NCBI GenBank assembly: GCA_964035545.1
Contig: CAXIUT010000012.1
Span: forward strand, 47,446-72,658
Direction: 5' to 3'
DNA from: Bugula neritina
Taxonomy: Eukaryota > Animalia > Bryozoa
Length of the DNA: 25,213 nt
Of this stretch, positions 1-11,391 are shown piece by piece. The position numbers and the translations under genes were made by a program. The notes under the pieces were generated by a model, which was not told the origin of the DNA, made no database searches, and saw only the letters and a list, made by a program, of their open reading frames with translations. How positions within the stretch are numbered: the stretch's first letter is position 1; each line of letters opens with the position of its first letter.

Positions 1-95
1 CCCAACCCCAACCCCAACCCCAACCCCAACCCCAACCCCAACCCCAACCCCAACCCCAACCCCAACCCCAACCCCAACCCCAACCCCAACCCCAA
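1..95 (+). repeat. Left terminal telomere, (CCCCAA)n
   Basis: Perfect C4A2 hexamers from base 1, beginning CCCAA; Tetrahymena-type ciliate telomeric repeat. Confidence 0.98.
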
Positions 96-114
96 ATGAA
101 AATTACTTTTAGTT

Positions 115-252
115 CCCAACCCCAACCCCAACCCCAACCCCAACCCCAACCCCAACCCCAACCCCAACCCCCCAACCCCAACCCCAACCCCAACCCCAAC
201 CCCAACCCCAACCCCAACCCCAACCCCAACCCCAACCCCAACCCCAACCCCA
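115..252 (+). repeat. Second (subterminal) C4A2 tract, separated from the terminal telomere by a 19-nt unique spacer
   Basis: C4A2 array starting CCCAA, with one C6 variant at 168-173; spacer ATGAAAATTACTTTTAGTT at 96-114. Confidence 0.95.
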
Positions 253-316
253 GAGTTAAATCATATAAAACCTTTCAAAACTGAATAGAATAGTTAATAA
301 TTGATATCATTAATTG

Positions 317-380
317 ATATTAAATGAAAGAACCACTATATATTAAATGAAAGAACCACTTTATATTAAATGAAAAACCC
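317..380. repeat. Subtelomeric 23-nt tandem repeat (about 2.7 copies)
   Basis: ATATTAAATGAAAGAACCACTWT units start at 317, 340 and 363. Confidence 0.8.
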
Positions 381-516
381 CTATCTTTTCGAAATTGATA
401 TTTTTAAAGGGAAGAACTAGTATTTATTCAAAATCGATTGAATATTTGATGACATACTGTAGGTACTAGATATTTAAATCTAGATGACTATGTTATATTT
501 GATTTAGAATCAACTA

Positions 517-1009
<493 letters not shown>

Positions 1010-1114
1010 TATCAACTCGTCAATCTAGCTAATCCATTATACCTTAAACATTCATATCATGATCTTAATAACAAAAGCAATTTATGAAGAAAGGACTTAG
1101 TGATATCAGTATCA

Positions 1115-1161
1115 AAGGATATCAGGAGTAGATATTATATAAGGATATCAGGAGTAGATAT
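1115..1161. repeat. Short intergenic direct repeat
   Basis: AAGGATATCAGGAGTAGATAT occurs twice with a 26-nt period. Confidence 0.7.
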
Positions 1162-1201
1162 GGTTTAATATATGAGTAAATCAAATATAAATATAACTTA
1201 A

Positions 1202-2465
1202 ATGGATAAACAGCAAAAACTAGAATACCAAACCAGAATTTAAAACTACCTCTCAAAAGAACATATCTATGATCTCTTCGAAGACCTCACGAAACAACTC
1301 ATAGTCAAACAACCAGATGACCCTCTCTCCTTCCTCATCGATAAACTCTCCAACCCACAAAGTACCCTTCAAGTTATGTAGGTAAAAAAATATTCATAAT
1401 CGGCCCTCCAGGATTCAAAGTCAGAGAGTTTGCTCTCCAAGTAGGAGATCACTATAAATTTACAGCTATATCAGTAGGTGACCTCCTGAAGAAATAAGTT
1501 TCAAAGAAACAAGAGCTAGGATAATAGATCGAATCCTACTTCAAACAGTACACCATTGTCAAGGACTAGATAGTAAGCAAAATGGTTAAAAAATAAATAG
1601 AAGTAATTCAAAAATAAAAGAAAAGCTTTATCCTCTCAGGATATCCAAGAACAAGAGTGCAAGGATTAGCCATGCAAAGATAAGGTATCTTCCCTGATGC
1701 ATTTATCATCCTCAATATGCCTTACGATAGAATCCTTCACTTCTGCTAGTACCCATCTTTTTATTCAGATAAAAACTCAAAGCTTAAAAATCAATCGATA
1801 AAGCTATACTTGCCAATAGAGCTATGCACATAGCTAATCATGCTCAAGACTACCTTCTAAATGTTAAACAAATCAAATAAATATACCCCAACAACTACTT
1901 CGAAATTGATTGCTCAAAAGGATCCAGAGAAGATATACTAGAAGATATAGCTAGGTTGCTTAAGTTCAAAATAAAGACAAAAAGACCTAAAAGACCAGCT
2001 GCCATCCTTGTTTTAGGAGGTAAACAAGATTGTAGGACACTTGTCGCTAAAAAGTTGGCCAAAAGATATGGATTTGTACTAGTCATGGCAAGAGAACAAC
2101 TAGCAGATCAGATATCTAAAAACACTTAGGTTGGAAGGCTGGTTCTAGACAACATCAGAAGAAAAGATTTGGTGAAAGATTCCATCATGAATGGATTAAT
2201 TCAAAGTAGATTAAGTCAAGTAGATGCTCAAATGCAAGGTTTCGTACTTGAAGGATATCCTCGAACAGAAGGACAAGCAGTCTCACTGAAAGATACCTAC
2301 ATTCAACCCAGTTTGATCGCCATAATCGAATAAAACAACGGAACTAGTTCAGAAGTGATGAAACAACTCAACTAGAAGCATCAATCAGTCATGCTTAAGA
2401 TTGATTCAGGATTAAGCGAAGAACAAATCTTTGAAAAAATATGCTATCAACTCTAAAACAACTGA
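1202..2465 (+). CDS. AK8: Adenylate kinase 8-like ciliary protein (N-terminal RIIa/Dpy-30-like dimerisation motif plus two AK domains), 407 aa
   Basis: Introns at 1362-1381 and 1749-1768 (20 nt each). IYDLFEDLTKQLIVKQPDDPLSFL; IFIIGPPG; ISVGDLLKKE; FILSGYPRT and GFVLEGYPRTEGQA motifs. Confidence 0.85.
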
Positions 2466-2506
2466 TCATATCCCATATTGTATATTATAAGTAATAGTAA
2501 TAGTAA

Positions 2507-4031
2507 TCATGAGTAGTAGTATGGTCGAGCTTCTCTCAAAGCATAGTCAAAAACAAGAGGCATCTTCTCATTGCCTTTGTTGGTTTGGGTCTTAGGAGTT
2601 TAAGCCTATTTTTTATGCTAAAGAAGATCAGTTGACTGTCTTATAGTTGACTTCATTTACTTAGCAGGCATTTAAATGTCCATCTGACTGTTAAAAAAGG
2701 GGTGGTTCAGAGCAGCATCAGCTGAAAGACGTCTTTCCGGATCTTTTTCTAACATTTTCATGAGTAGATCAAGTGTTTTATCTTAAGCTTTCGAGTAGAT
2801 ATCTTTGTTAAAGGTGAAATCACAGGCTCTATTTTGCAATAAGATTTAATTGTATTTTTTTCCTTAGAAAACAGAACATCCAAAGATAAGGTAATGGAAA
2901 ATGACTCCGGCAGAAAAGATGTCACTAATAGGTTAACTTTTAGTGCTCATATCTCTGATATTAATGATTTCAGGAGCAACAAAACCAGGTGTCCCGCATC
3001 TAACAAATAAATACTTCTCTTCATCTGCATAAGTTGCTAACCCAAAGTCACAGATAGCAGTCTACCATACCTTATCCTTCTTGAACATTATGTTCTCAGG
3101 CTTCAAATCTCGATGTATTATCCGATGCTTGCTCAGTACTGACAGTCCCTGCAAAATGTTCTTTATTATCTCTCTTGCAACCTATAGTTCTATCTTGGCT
3201 CCGCTCTAAATCAACCAATCAATACCTTCAGCAATTAGTTCAACTGCATGCCTTCCAAATGCTCTAATATCACATAGATTGAGTTGTCCGTCTCGTAAAC
3301 TCCCTCTAAACGCATTATATTGCTATGATTTAGTCGACGCATCAGTTTTATCTCATTTTCAAGAGACTAACGACCCTTATCTCCAGAATACTGTTTTTCC
3401 TTTGAAAAGGCCTTAACTGCTACCATCTTTTTGTCTCTTAGTCTTTCTGCCAAATAAACGGTCGCAAAGGCTCCTTTTCCTATTTTTTTTTTAGCTTTAA
3501 ACAATTTATGAAATCCTCTCTGATTGATCCTTTTTTCCAACTCCAAAGCCCAAGACTAAACCACAGCAGTCTGAGCAGTAAAAGTCAATTGCTATGGACA
3601 TCCTTCCCGTTCCAACTTGATGGCAGTCGCAGATCCCAAAGAGTCCTATGCCTAGATCAACTAAAGAGTACAGATTGAGAGTAGATAACTTCGAATTTAG
3701 TGCTGAAAGAAAGAGGACAATGATGGGTGGGTTGTCTAAAGTTAAGAGCGTCTGAGAGGACAATATGTTGATTTGTGAGAATCAACTGGACTTCATTCTT
3801 ATTAATGGTGAAGGTATTGCGTAGAGATGGAGAGTTAGTCTCTTTCAGAAGTTCTCCCATACTGGGAAGAATCTACTAGAATAGGTACAACCAACTGCCT
3901 CGCATAGAAGACTTGCGTTCTAATTATATTCCAAAGAATATTCGATCCTGCATATCCTTCCATAACTTAAACACCTCTCCACTATCATCCAACCATATCA
4001 CACTTCCTTCCACTAGTCTATCCTCAACCAT
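2507..4031 (-). CDS. Ser/Thr protein kinase (CAMK-like, ciliate-type N-terminal extension); start codon uncertain
   Basis: Introns at 3652-3671 and 3206-3225 (20 nt). IGKGAFATVY, VAVK, HRDLKPEN, DFG, RCGTPGFVAPE, DIFSAGVI motifs. The most upstream in-frame ATG is at 4031; downstream ATGs are also possible starts. Confidence 0.9.
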
Positions 4032-4142
4032 CCAGACCAACTGTTGAGCTACTTACAGTCTTCAACAGCTAATAGAAGTCTCGATGTAGGCATGCCTTGA
4101 AATGTGATAATTTTCTTTAGAGTTTAGAAGAAATAGATAAAA

Positions 4143-5479
4143 TCATTAAGAAAAGGACATTAATTTTTCTTTAATCCAATCGTCCCATTTATGAAAGGGT
4201 ATTCCTCTTTTGATTACTTTCTTGTATTAACTACTCAAATCAAGTACAAATAAATCCTAACGGTCCAACTTCAACTTCACAGTCTGAACCACCTACATCA
4301 TCGTCAATGTACCAACAAAAAGTGAGCAAAGTATAAATCAGGAATCCGCATCTTTGTTCCCTAAGCCATCTTCAAGCCATCATCTTTCTACTCCTACAAC
4401 TACTACTCCTTTATCTAATCCTGTTTCGGATGTTCATGGCTATCAGTTGAGTGTCTGCTGTTCTTTCGAGAACGCATTGAAACACCTCGAGGATACTACA
4501 TATCAAAAAATTGATTAGTAAAAGGCACTTCATCTCCGAGTTTATGATGCTACACATATGAAAGACGTTTCATTAATGGTTATATCATCTCTTTCTCATC
4601 TTTGTTCAAAGCAATTGGTTTAGTTTCTTCTGTACTACCAGTTAAAACTTCATTTTTTGATCTTTGATTGAAATAAAATTGCTAGATTAATTTATTTTTA
4701 GCCTACAGCTCCTCTTCCAATTTCGATATTTGTTTCTCTTAGAAATCAATTTTTTTAGCTGAACTACTGGCTTTCTTTTCTATTTCTTCCAAAGAATGTC
4801 TCAACATAGCTATCTCTTCCAACAACTATTCTTTTTCATCTTAATACAAAACTAATTACTCTTTTCCTAAATGATTTTTTTACTAATTTCCAACTTTTAT
4901 AACTCCACGTTCTCCAACAACTTCTTAGTCTGCTCACTATCTTAGTTAACTTGCATAAAAGTTCTCCTTATTTATTTTTTTTCCTTTTTGCTGTGAGTCA
5001 ACTAATGCTAGTACTTCTGTTGCATTTCCAAGGCCTATATCTTCAATACTTCGTACTCTCTTTACCATCTGCTGACTTTTTCCTACTTTATGTTATCTCT
5101 ACAGTCAATGAATGTTTAGTTTATTCCAAAGTTTAAACTCTATCTTTTAAATCGATTGTTTCACGATCCATTTCAGTCATTTTGTCCCGAATATGTTCTA
5201 TTTCTTTTAGACTTTCGTCTACAATACCAACTGAGTAACTAATAATTTACCTATTCTTTAGCCAATAATCATCGACAACCCTTTGAACTTTTCCATCATA
5301 TTTCTAATGACTTAATGTTTTTTATCTTACTCCCAAGAAGGTAGCTCTTGAATACATCCCAACCCCCAACCCCAACCCCAACCCCAACCCCAACCCCAAC
5401 CCCAACCCCAACCCCAACCCCAACCCCAACCCCAACCCCAAGTATTAATAAGGTCATCTTTATGCAATTAGTTGTCCAT
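4143..5479 (-). CDS. Coiled-coil hypothetical protein, interrupted in frame by an 84-nt telomeric tract (390 aa without the tract)
   Basis: MDNELHKDDLINT|CIQELPSWEE... is continuous once 5358-5441 is removed. Four 20-nt GT-AG introns (5231-5250, 5083-5102, 4840-4859, 4293-4312) keep one frame through ...GIPFHKWDDWIKEKLMSFSE*. Confidence 0.8.
5358..5441 (+). repeat. Internal telomeric C4A2 tract (84 nt) inside a CDS
   Basis: CCCAA CCCCCAA (CCCCAA)12; same orientation as the left telomere. Confidence 0.97.
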
Positions 5480-5504
5480 ATTATCTAATAACTATTTAAT
5501 AATC

Positions 5505-5819
5505 ATGATAAAAATCATCAAAAAAGTCAACTCTGTGGGCAGTATCACCAGCCCTCTTCTGGCTCCTTTCTCCAACAAAACCATCCCATCAACTTAACTA
5601 GCAAAAACACCAATTCACCCTATCGACTGGCAAAGTGTTTTAGATAGATAGAGACGAAATGTAATGAAGAACTACTAGTTGATATTACCAGGAGTATACA
5701 TTCGGAATGAAATAGTGATTGGGTAGTAGTTTTGGTAGACCAAAAGCAAAAGACATCGACATGCCAAACTCAAAAGAAACAGAAGAAAAGGCCCAAGAAG
5801 AACCGTCATCACCAATTGA
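5505..5819 (+). CDS. Small basic protein (104 aa), possibly mitochondrial ribosomal protein mS38/COX24-like
   Basis: Intronless ORF with a basic, hydroxylated, acid-free N-terminus (presequence-like) and C-terminal KSKRHRHAKLKRNRRK resembling the mS38 basic motif. Family assignment is tentative. Confidence 0.55.
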
Positions 5820-6113
5820 TATCACCACAACTATCAAAAACACTTATTTCTTACCTATTAACACTCTTATAACCGTTTTAGTTGAAATAAAGGTCACAAC
5901 ATAGGATTCATAAACCAAAGATATCATGATAACTAGAAGAAGTAGCAGTCAAAATCAAAGAAAGGGAGATTAAATCGTCTCTAACTCAAATTCATCCAAA
6001 TTAAAAAGATCTTAAAAGTGTTGTATTATTCATATGCATAAAATAACCAATAATATCATCATTAAATTATCAACAGTCGACAGATAAATCAAAATAACAC
6101 ATAATAGATATTA

Positions 6114-7859
6114 TCATTCCTTTTTATTATCTTCTTCTTTTGTTTTTCTCTTTTAAATCGCATAATGGAATATTTAACGAACAACATTTTGATCTATTTT
6201 GAACATATCTAACTCTTCAATCGATAGATCAGGTTTTTTATCAACCTATCTTTCTATTGTAACTTAAATCATACGAAATATAGCATAGCTGATCTTAAAA
6301 GCATCACATACATTTTTAGCCTTAGAATCTATCTATAAATTACTCTCACATAATCTTATTTTCTACCGCTATTTATTAAAAGATTTTTATATCTTAGATT
6401 TTCCTTTACTCCCAAAAACATTCGAAAACTAGCCTTTATTTGTTTCTTTGTATTAATCGATTTGATCAAATGTCTTACATCCCTTTCGCTGCATTTATTT
6501 CAAATAACGTATCCTTTTTTATAACTCTATATTTCTGACTATTCCTGTCTTTATTTTTTAGTATTTTTATTCTTTTTCAAAGCGTCTAAAAGGTTTCATC
6601 ATCCCATCGACCTTACTATAAATCTAACTTCTCTGACTAGTTTTTTGAAATGAATTCAGAGTGAGCAACCTTTCCCTTGCAAAATCTTTTATCATATTTC
6701 TCTTTTTCACTTTAGAAACATAGTCATCAATTACAAACCATTTCATTTTCTTCATTTAAGGTTATTAGTCTTATTATAAAACCAGTTCTGCTAGCATTAA
6801 CTAAGCATCATTATCAAACTACTATTCAAACTACCCTCGGTTTATCATCACTGGCAACAAATCATCTTTTTGTTGCTCTTTTTAAATAAATAATTTCTAT
6901 CTATTCTTCTTTGCTTTACTGCGTTTATTCTTAGAGATAGTCTAATTAACATGCTCTCTCGGGTTTAGTATAGTATCTTGTTCTCTCTGGTTTAGTATAG
7001 TATCTTGTTCTCTCTGGTTTAGTATACTCTCTTGTTCTCTCTGGTTTGATATAGCCCCTTGTTCTCTCTGGTTAAATATAGTCTCTTATTCATAATATTG
7101 ATTTTTTATTTATATTTTATTTTATGACTTATTCTACGACTATTACTTATTTAAAGCCTAACTTTTATAATTTTCAATATTTAGTTCTTATTAGCAATTG
7201 ACGGTACTAGGACTTCTAACAACAATTCTTTGATTTTTAATATCTGAATCAGGCAACGAGTTATTTTCGAAATAGACTCTATAATAGTGTGATTGAATTT
7301 CGTAGGCCTTGAGGTCGCTTTGCATGAAGAAGCCAAGTTAATCCCAATCGAATCCTAACCTCTGAAAGCCCTACAGCATCATATATTACTCCCTTGACGA
7401 CCATTTCTACTAAAACAAAGCTATCTAGCAATAGTTAACTATTTCATATTAATAAGGCATTGTCTATAGTTTACAAAAACATCCCAAACAATAACTTTAT
7501 TAACCAGCTCTGACCCGGATATATTATATTATGTCTCTACAACAACATTCACATAAAATTATATCACCTTCCCCTCTTAGTTATTGCTACAATTCAAATA
7601 CATATTATTACTACTACTATTGCTTATTGTTATTGGTGTACTAGTATTGGTTGTTATTGATGTACTAGTGTTGGTTGTTATTGGTGTACTAGTGTTGGTT
7701 GTTATTGGTGTACTAGTGTTGGTTGTTATTGATGTATTATTGTTGGTTGTTATTGGTGTACTAGTGTTGGTTGTTATTGGTGTACTAGTGTTGGTTGTTA
7801 TTGGTGTACTAGTGTTGGTTATTGGTGTATTATTGTTGCTATTCATTCTTACTCTACAT
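6114..7859 (-). CDS. ADA2: Transcriptional adaptor ADA2 (SAGA subunit): degenerate ZZ finger, SANT, ADA boxes, SWIRM-like C-terminus; 581 aa, intronless
   Basis: CECCCRDI...YCLGCF; LFEEKWSSREEYMMLEGFQRLGFDW...HYYRVY; RGEFEEEFDNDAELMLAEL; MKPFRRF; LEKRIRYLKEMQRKG; FKIDQNVVREIFHY. Confidence 0.9.
6954..7075 (-). repeat. Coding 27-nt tandem repeat in ADA2, (NQREQDTIL)n
   Basis: About 4.5 copies of AACCAGAGAGAACAAGATACTATACTA on the minus strand. Confidence 0.85.
7626..7832 (-). repeat. Coding 24-nt tandem repeat in the ADA2 N-terminus, (EYTNNNQH)n
   Basis: About 8.5 copies of TAGTACACCAATAACAACCAACAC, in the ADA2 reading frame. Confidence 0.9.
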
Positions 7860-8018
7860 TCAGATGATCTATCTTTTAGTAATTAATTTTATGATACTAT
7901 ATTTATTTAACTGGTTCTCTATATATAAAATTGAACTTGACCAATTCGTTGTTATCGTAGATGCAATGTCATATAAAAATAATACAATACCTTATATCCA
8001 CAACTCCATCAACATACC

Positions 8019-11000
8019 ATGCGTAAATAATAAAACAAACAACCCATGCAAAAATAATAAAATCAACCTTCCTCTCCTATCCTTATTGATAGTTCAGTCA
8101 TTGATAGTTCAGCTGTGATTGATGGTTCAGTTGTCGTTGATGGTTTAGTTGTGATTGATAGTCCACCGAATTAACGATAGTAATAATATATAGTAATCTA
8201 ATCAGAATAAAGCCATTTACCCTCAAATGAACCAATATAAAGCGAATGGCTCAGTGATCCAGTCTAATCTCACTTCAGCAGCTCTAAAATAAATAATAAA
8301 AAGTAATTCTCTTCCTAATCAATATTATAAATAGTATCAGGAGTAGTTTCTAATTCATAAAATTCATAAAATAATGATTAATCCAAAAACAGTAAAAAAA
8401 GTAAAAAAAGTAAAAAGATAAGAAAGGATGTGAGTTAAAAGGCAAAAAAGGATGTGAGTTAAAAGGCAAAAAAGGATGTGAGTTAAAAGGCAAAAAAGAA
8501 GTATATAAAATCTATAAAGTGTATATTATGCAAGTTAAGAGGGACTAAGAGCAAGATGTTTAAATGTGGCAGATGCTATCAATCTATCCATAAAGCTTGT
8601 ACATAAGATCCATAGACATAACCCAAAGGATACATTTGTGAGAGATGTTCTGTTTCAACTCTTATTCCTTTAAAATAGAACACATAGAACATTCCCTAGA
8701 ATAGATTAAACAAAAGCAAGACACAATAATTATAAAAGATGCAAGAATAAGACTACTCTACAAAGAAAGATAGAATATATATCTAAAAGCTAAAAACCCA
8801 TCAAGAAGGCTCAAATAAATAATTCAACTTATTCAAATAAAAATACAGTTACTATGTTTTAGAGAACAACAAAATAAAATATCCAGTTTAAGACAAATTA
8901 CTAATATTATACAGCAACATCCTCGAAATACAACCAAAACAAAAACCCCAACCCACCGACCACCACCTCATCCCCAATCAATACCTCGGAAACATCCTTG
9001 AGTTATCAAGTTGGCTTACATCTTTCAGCAAACTCATCGAAATCTACTACCCCACCTTCAAACTGCCATAAAGCAATTAAAAATAGTACATCTATTGCAG
9101 TTTGAATGCTAGTGGACTAGATGGGTGTTTTACGGATTTGTTATGTTTGTTTGTTAGGTTTTTTATTAGTGATATTCTAGATAGCAATAGAAAATAAAAC
9201 TTAAAAACTATCGCATAAAACCCCTTCTTCCTACTACTAGCCTCCATATTCGAACAAAACTAACTCACCAATACCTTCATTCTCCACTCACTACAGTAAA
9301 TAGTAAAACAAATATCAACCTTGCCCTCATTCAAAAACTACTTCAGCAAAATATTATAATCATACAACAAACATAGGTAGTAGTAGGAATTCAATAAGCA
9401 TAGGTAGTAGTAGTAGTATAATAAGCATGTGTAGTAGTAGAATAGGCAGAGATAATAGATAGGTTTAAAATAAAAGTTGATATTTTTGAGATAGATGTTG
9501 AAATAGATATCATAGACCAATGCTTTTAGATATTTAACAAATAAAAAAGCCTAAACAATCCAAGAACTACTATAATCTAAAAACAAAATATAGTAATCTT
9601 TGAAGCATAGTCAAAAATAAAATAATATATAACTAATAAAGATGAATAAATAGCAACTAAGAACAACTAAAATAAACATCTTATTTGCATTAAGCGATAC
9701 CATCCTTTTGGGTAAAGATCGACATAATTCATAATATTACTACTATCGAGAATAGCCATCTAAAATATATGTCAACTATAAACAGTATCTTCTGGATAAA
9801 GGGTCCTTCAAAATATATCAAGGCAAAGATGCTATTGTCAGTGTTCTAAACTATCTAGATAGCAAAGGCTATCAAGAAAAAAGACTGATTAACAACCCAA
9901 CCCCAACCCCAACCCCAACCCCAACCCCAACCCCAACCCCAACCCCAACCCCAACCCCAACCCCTAAATAATATAAATAATAGTTTTAGTAGTGCAATAT
10001 GAATCGTATGAGTTGGGGAAGTAGCCGAGAGGAGGTAGTTGGCTATTTTTAATAGATTTAGCAGATGTATAACAATTTTTTAAAATAAAGAAAGATGAGG
10101 TGGACATCCCAATAGTAAAGAAACATTCTTTTTCAATAAATACAACAAGATCAATCAATTTAGACGATATCTTTAAAGATCTATCACATAACGTAAAGAT
10201 TTACAAATGCATAACTATTATAACCAGTCTTTAAAACATAGAAAGAGTAGTCATATGGGATCAATTTCAAACACGAACTTAAATCCCATTCTACTCTTTT
10301 CAAAAAAAAAACAATCATGAAAATATGGAACAATAACTAATAAAAACATAAAAAATGTTGGACAGACTACCTCCTCAAATCCATCTCCTCCTAAAACCTC
10401 TTCATTGCACTCTGCTTACTAGATATTAATGTAAAAAGGTTAATTAAAAGAAAAATTAATCACGAACTAGAAAAAGATAAAAAAATGGGAAGGAAAAAAG
10501 AAGATAAAAATAGGAATAATTTTGAAGGAATAAAAAAGAACAAAGAGATAAACAATAAAAAGAATAATCATTAAAAGGCAAATAAAAGAAATAATCATTA
10601 ATAAGTAAATAAAAGAAACAATTAGTAGATGAATTACTATGAGAAGCAGCCAAGTAAAAAGATGATATTGAAATCATTAAATAATTAATAAAATGGATAA
10701 CAGTAATATCTAGTTAAAAATATCAACAACAAACCAACAACTAAAATCAACAACAAACCAACAACTAAAATCAACAACAAACCAACAACTAATATCAACA
10801 ACAAATCAACTAATATGAATAAATAGATAATCAATATACTGGAATCTTAATCTGAATAGATATACCAACTTCCTAAAAAGTTCAATACTAATAAATATGC
10901 ATCTCAAACAAATAAGAACTATCAAAAGTAAAGGTAGTAGAGAAGTTAAGATTAGTAGTATAGAAGTTAAGATTAGTAGTATAGAAGTTAAGATTAGTAG

Positions 11001-11261
11001 TATAGAGCAGCTAATAAGAACAAATACGACGTGATATCTATCAGCAGTGGGTCTTCAAAGTAGGTTTAAAAGATAAAAAATAGTAAATTATGCAATCTAT
11101 GTTAAACCTTTGCTCCTCATCAGCCCTTTATCTAATGCTTCATCTGTAAAAAATCATACCACTTCGACTGTGCCAACCTCCACAGAAAACCTAAAACTTA
11201 ATGGCTCTGCTAAAAATGTCTAACCAATGATAATACCAAAAGAAATAGAAATAAAATATGA
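8019..11261 (+). CDS. PHD-DDT-WHIM/WSD-PHD chromatin protein (BAZ/ISWI-partner-like), about 1080 aa, containing an in-frame telomeric tract
   Basis: Single TGA-free frame. PHD CILC...CGRC...HKAC...CERC; KYPVEDKLL followed by DDT-like LGNILELSSWLTSFSKLI; WHIM2 LGKDRHNSEYY; WHIM3 VLNYLDSKGYQEKRL; C-terminal PHD CNLC...CFIC...HFDC...WLCEKC. Coding minisatellites at about 8424-8495, 10722-10811 and 10941-11003. Confidence 0.85.
9896..9964 (+). repeat. Internal telomeric C4A2 tract (69 nt) inside a CDS
   Basis: CCCAA (CCCCAA)10 CCCC; same orientation as the left telomere. Confidence 0.97.
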
Positions 11262-11310
11262 TACCTGTATATATCTACTATTATCATATTTATTAAATAA
11301 ATAGTTGCTC

Positions 11311-11371
11311 ATTTAGTTTATGTGTTTATGTAGTTTATGTGTTTATGTATTTATGTAGTTTATGTAGTTAT
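11311..11371. repeat. Simple 8-9-nt repeat between convergent genes
   Basis: TTTATGT(G/AG/A) repeated about 6 times. Confidence 0.7.
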
Positions 11372-11391
11372 TTGAAGGGATATTGAAGGTA

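Noticed and set aside
96-284. ORF-track protein with (PQ)n/(PN)n repeats
   Set aside because: It is simply translation of telomeric repeats from an ATG in the 19-nt spacer.
466-483. Short inverted repeat CTAGAT-N6-ATCTAG upstream of UBC13
   Set aside because: A 6-bp stem in AT-rich DNA is expected by chance; there is no evidence for an RNA gene or mobile element.
5820-6113. Possible small gene between the 5505 gene and ADA2 (ATG at about 5926)
   Set aside because: The frame runs into the ADA2 antisense strand with no nearby stop or motif; unsupported.
7577-7886. ORF-track Thr/Asn-rich (minus) and Val/Leu-rich (plus) repeat proteins
   Set aside because: These are wrong frames of the 24-nt repeat; the frame continuous with the ADA2 ZZ/SANT domains encodes (EYTNNNQH)n.
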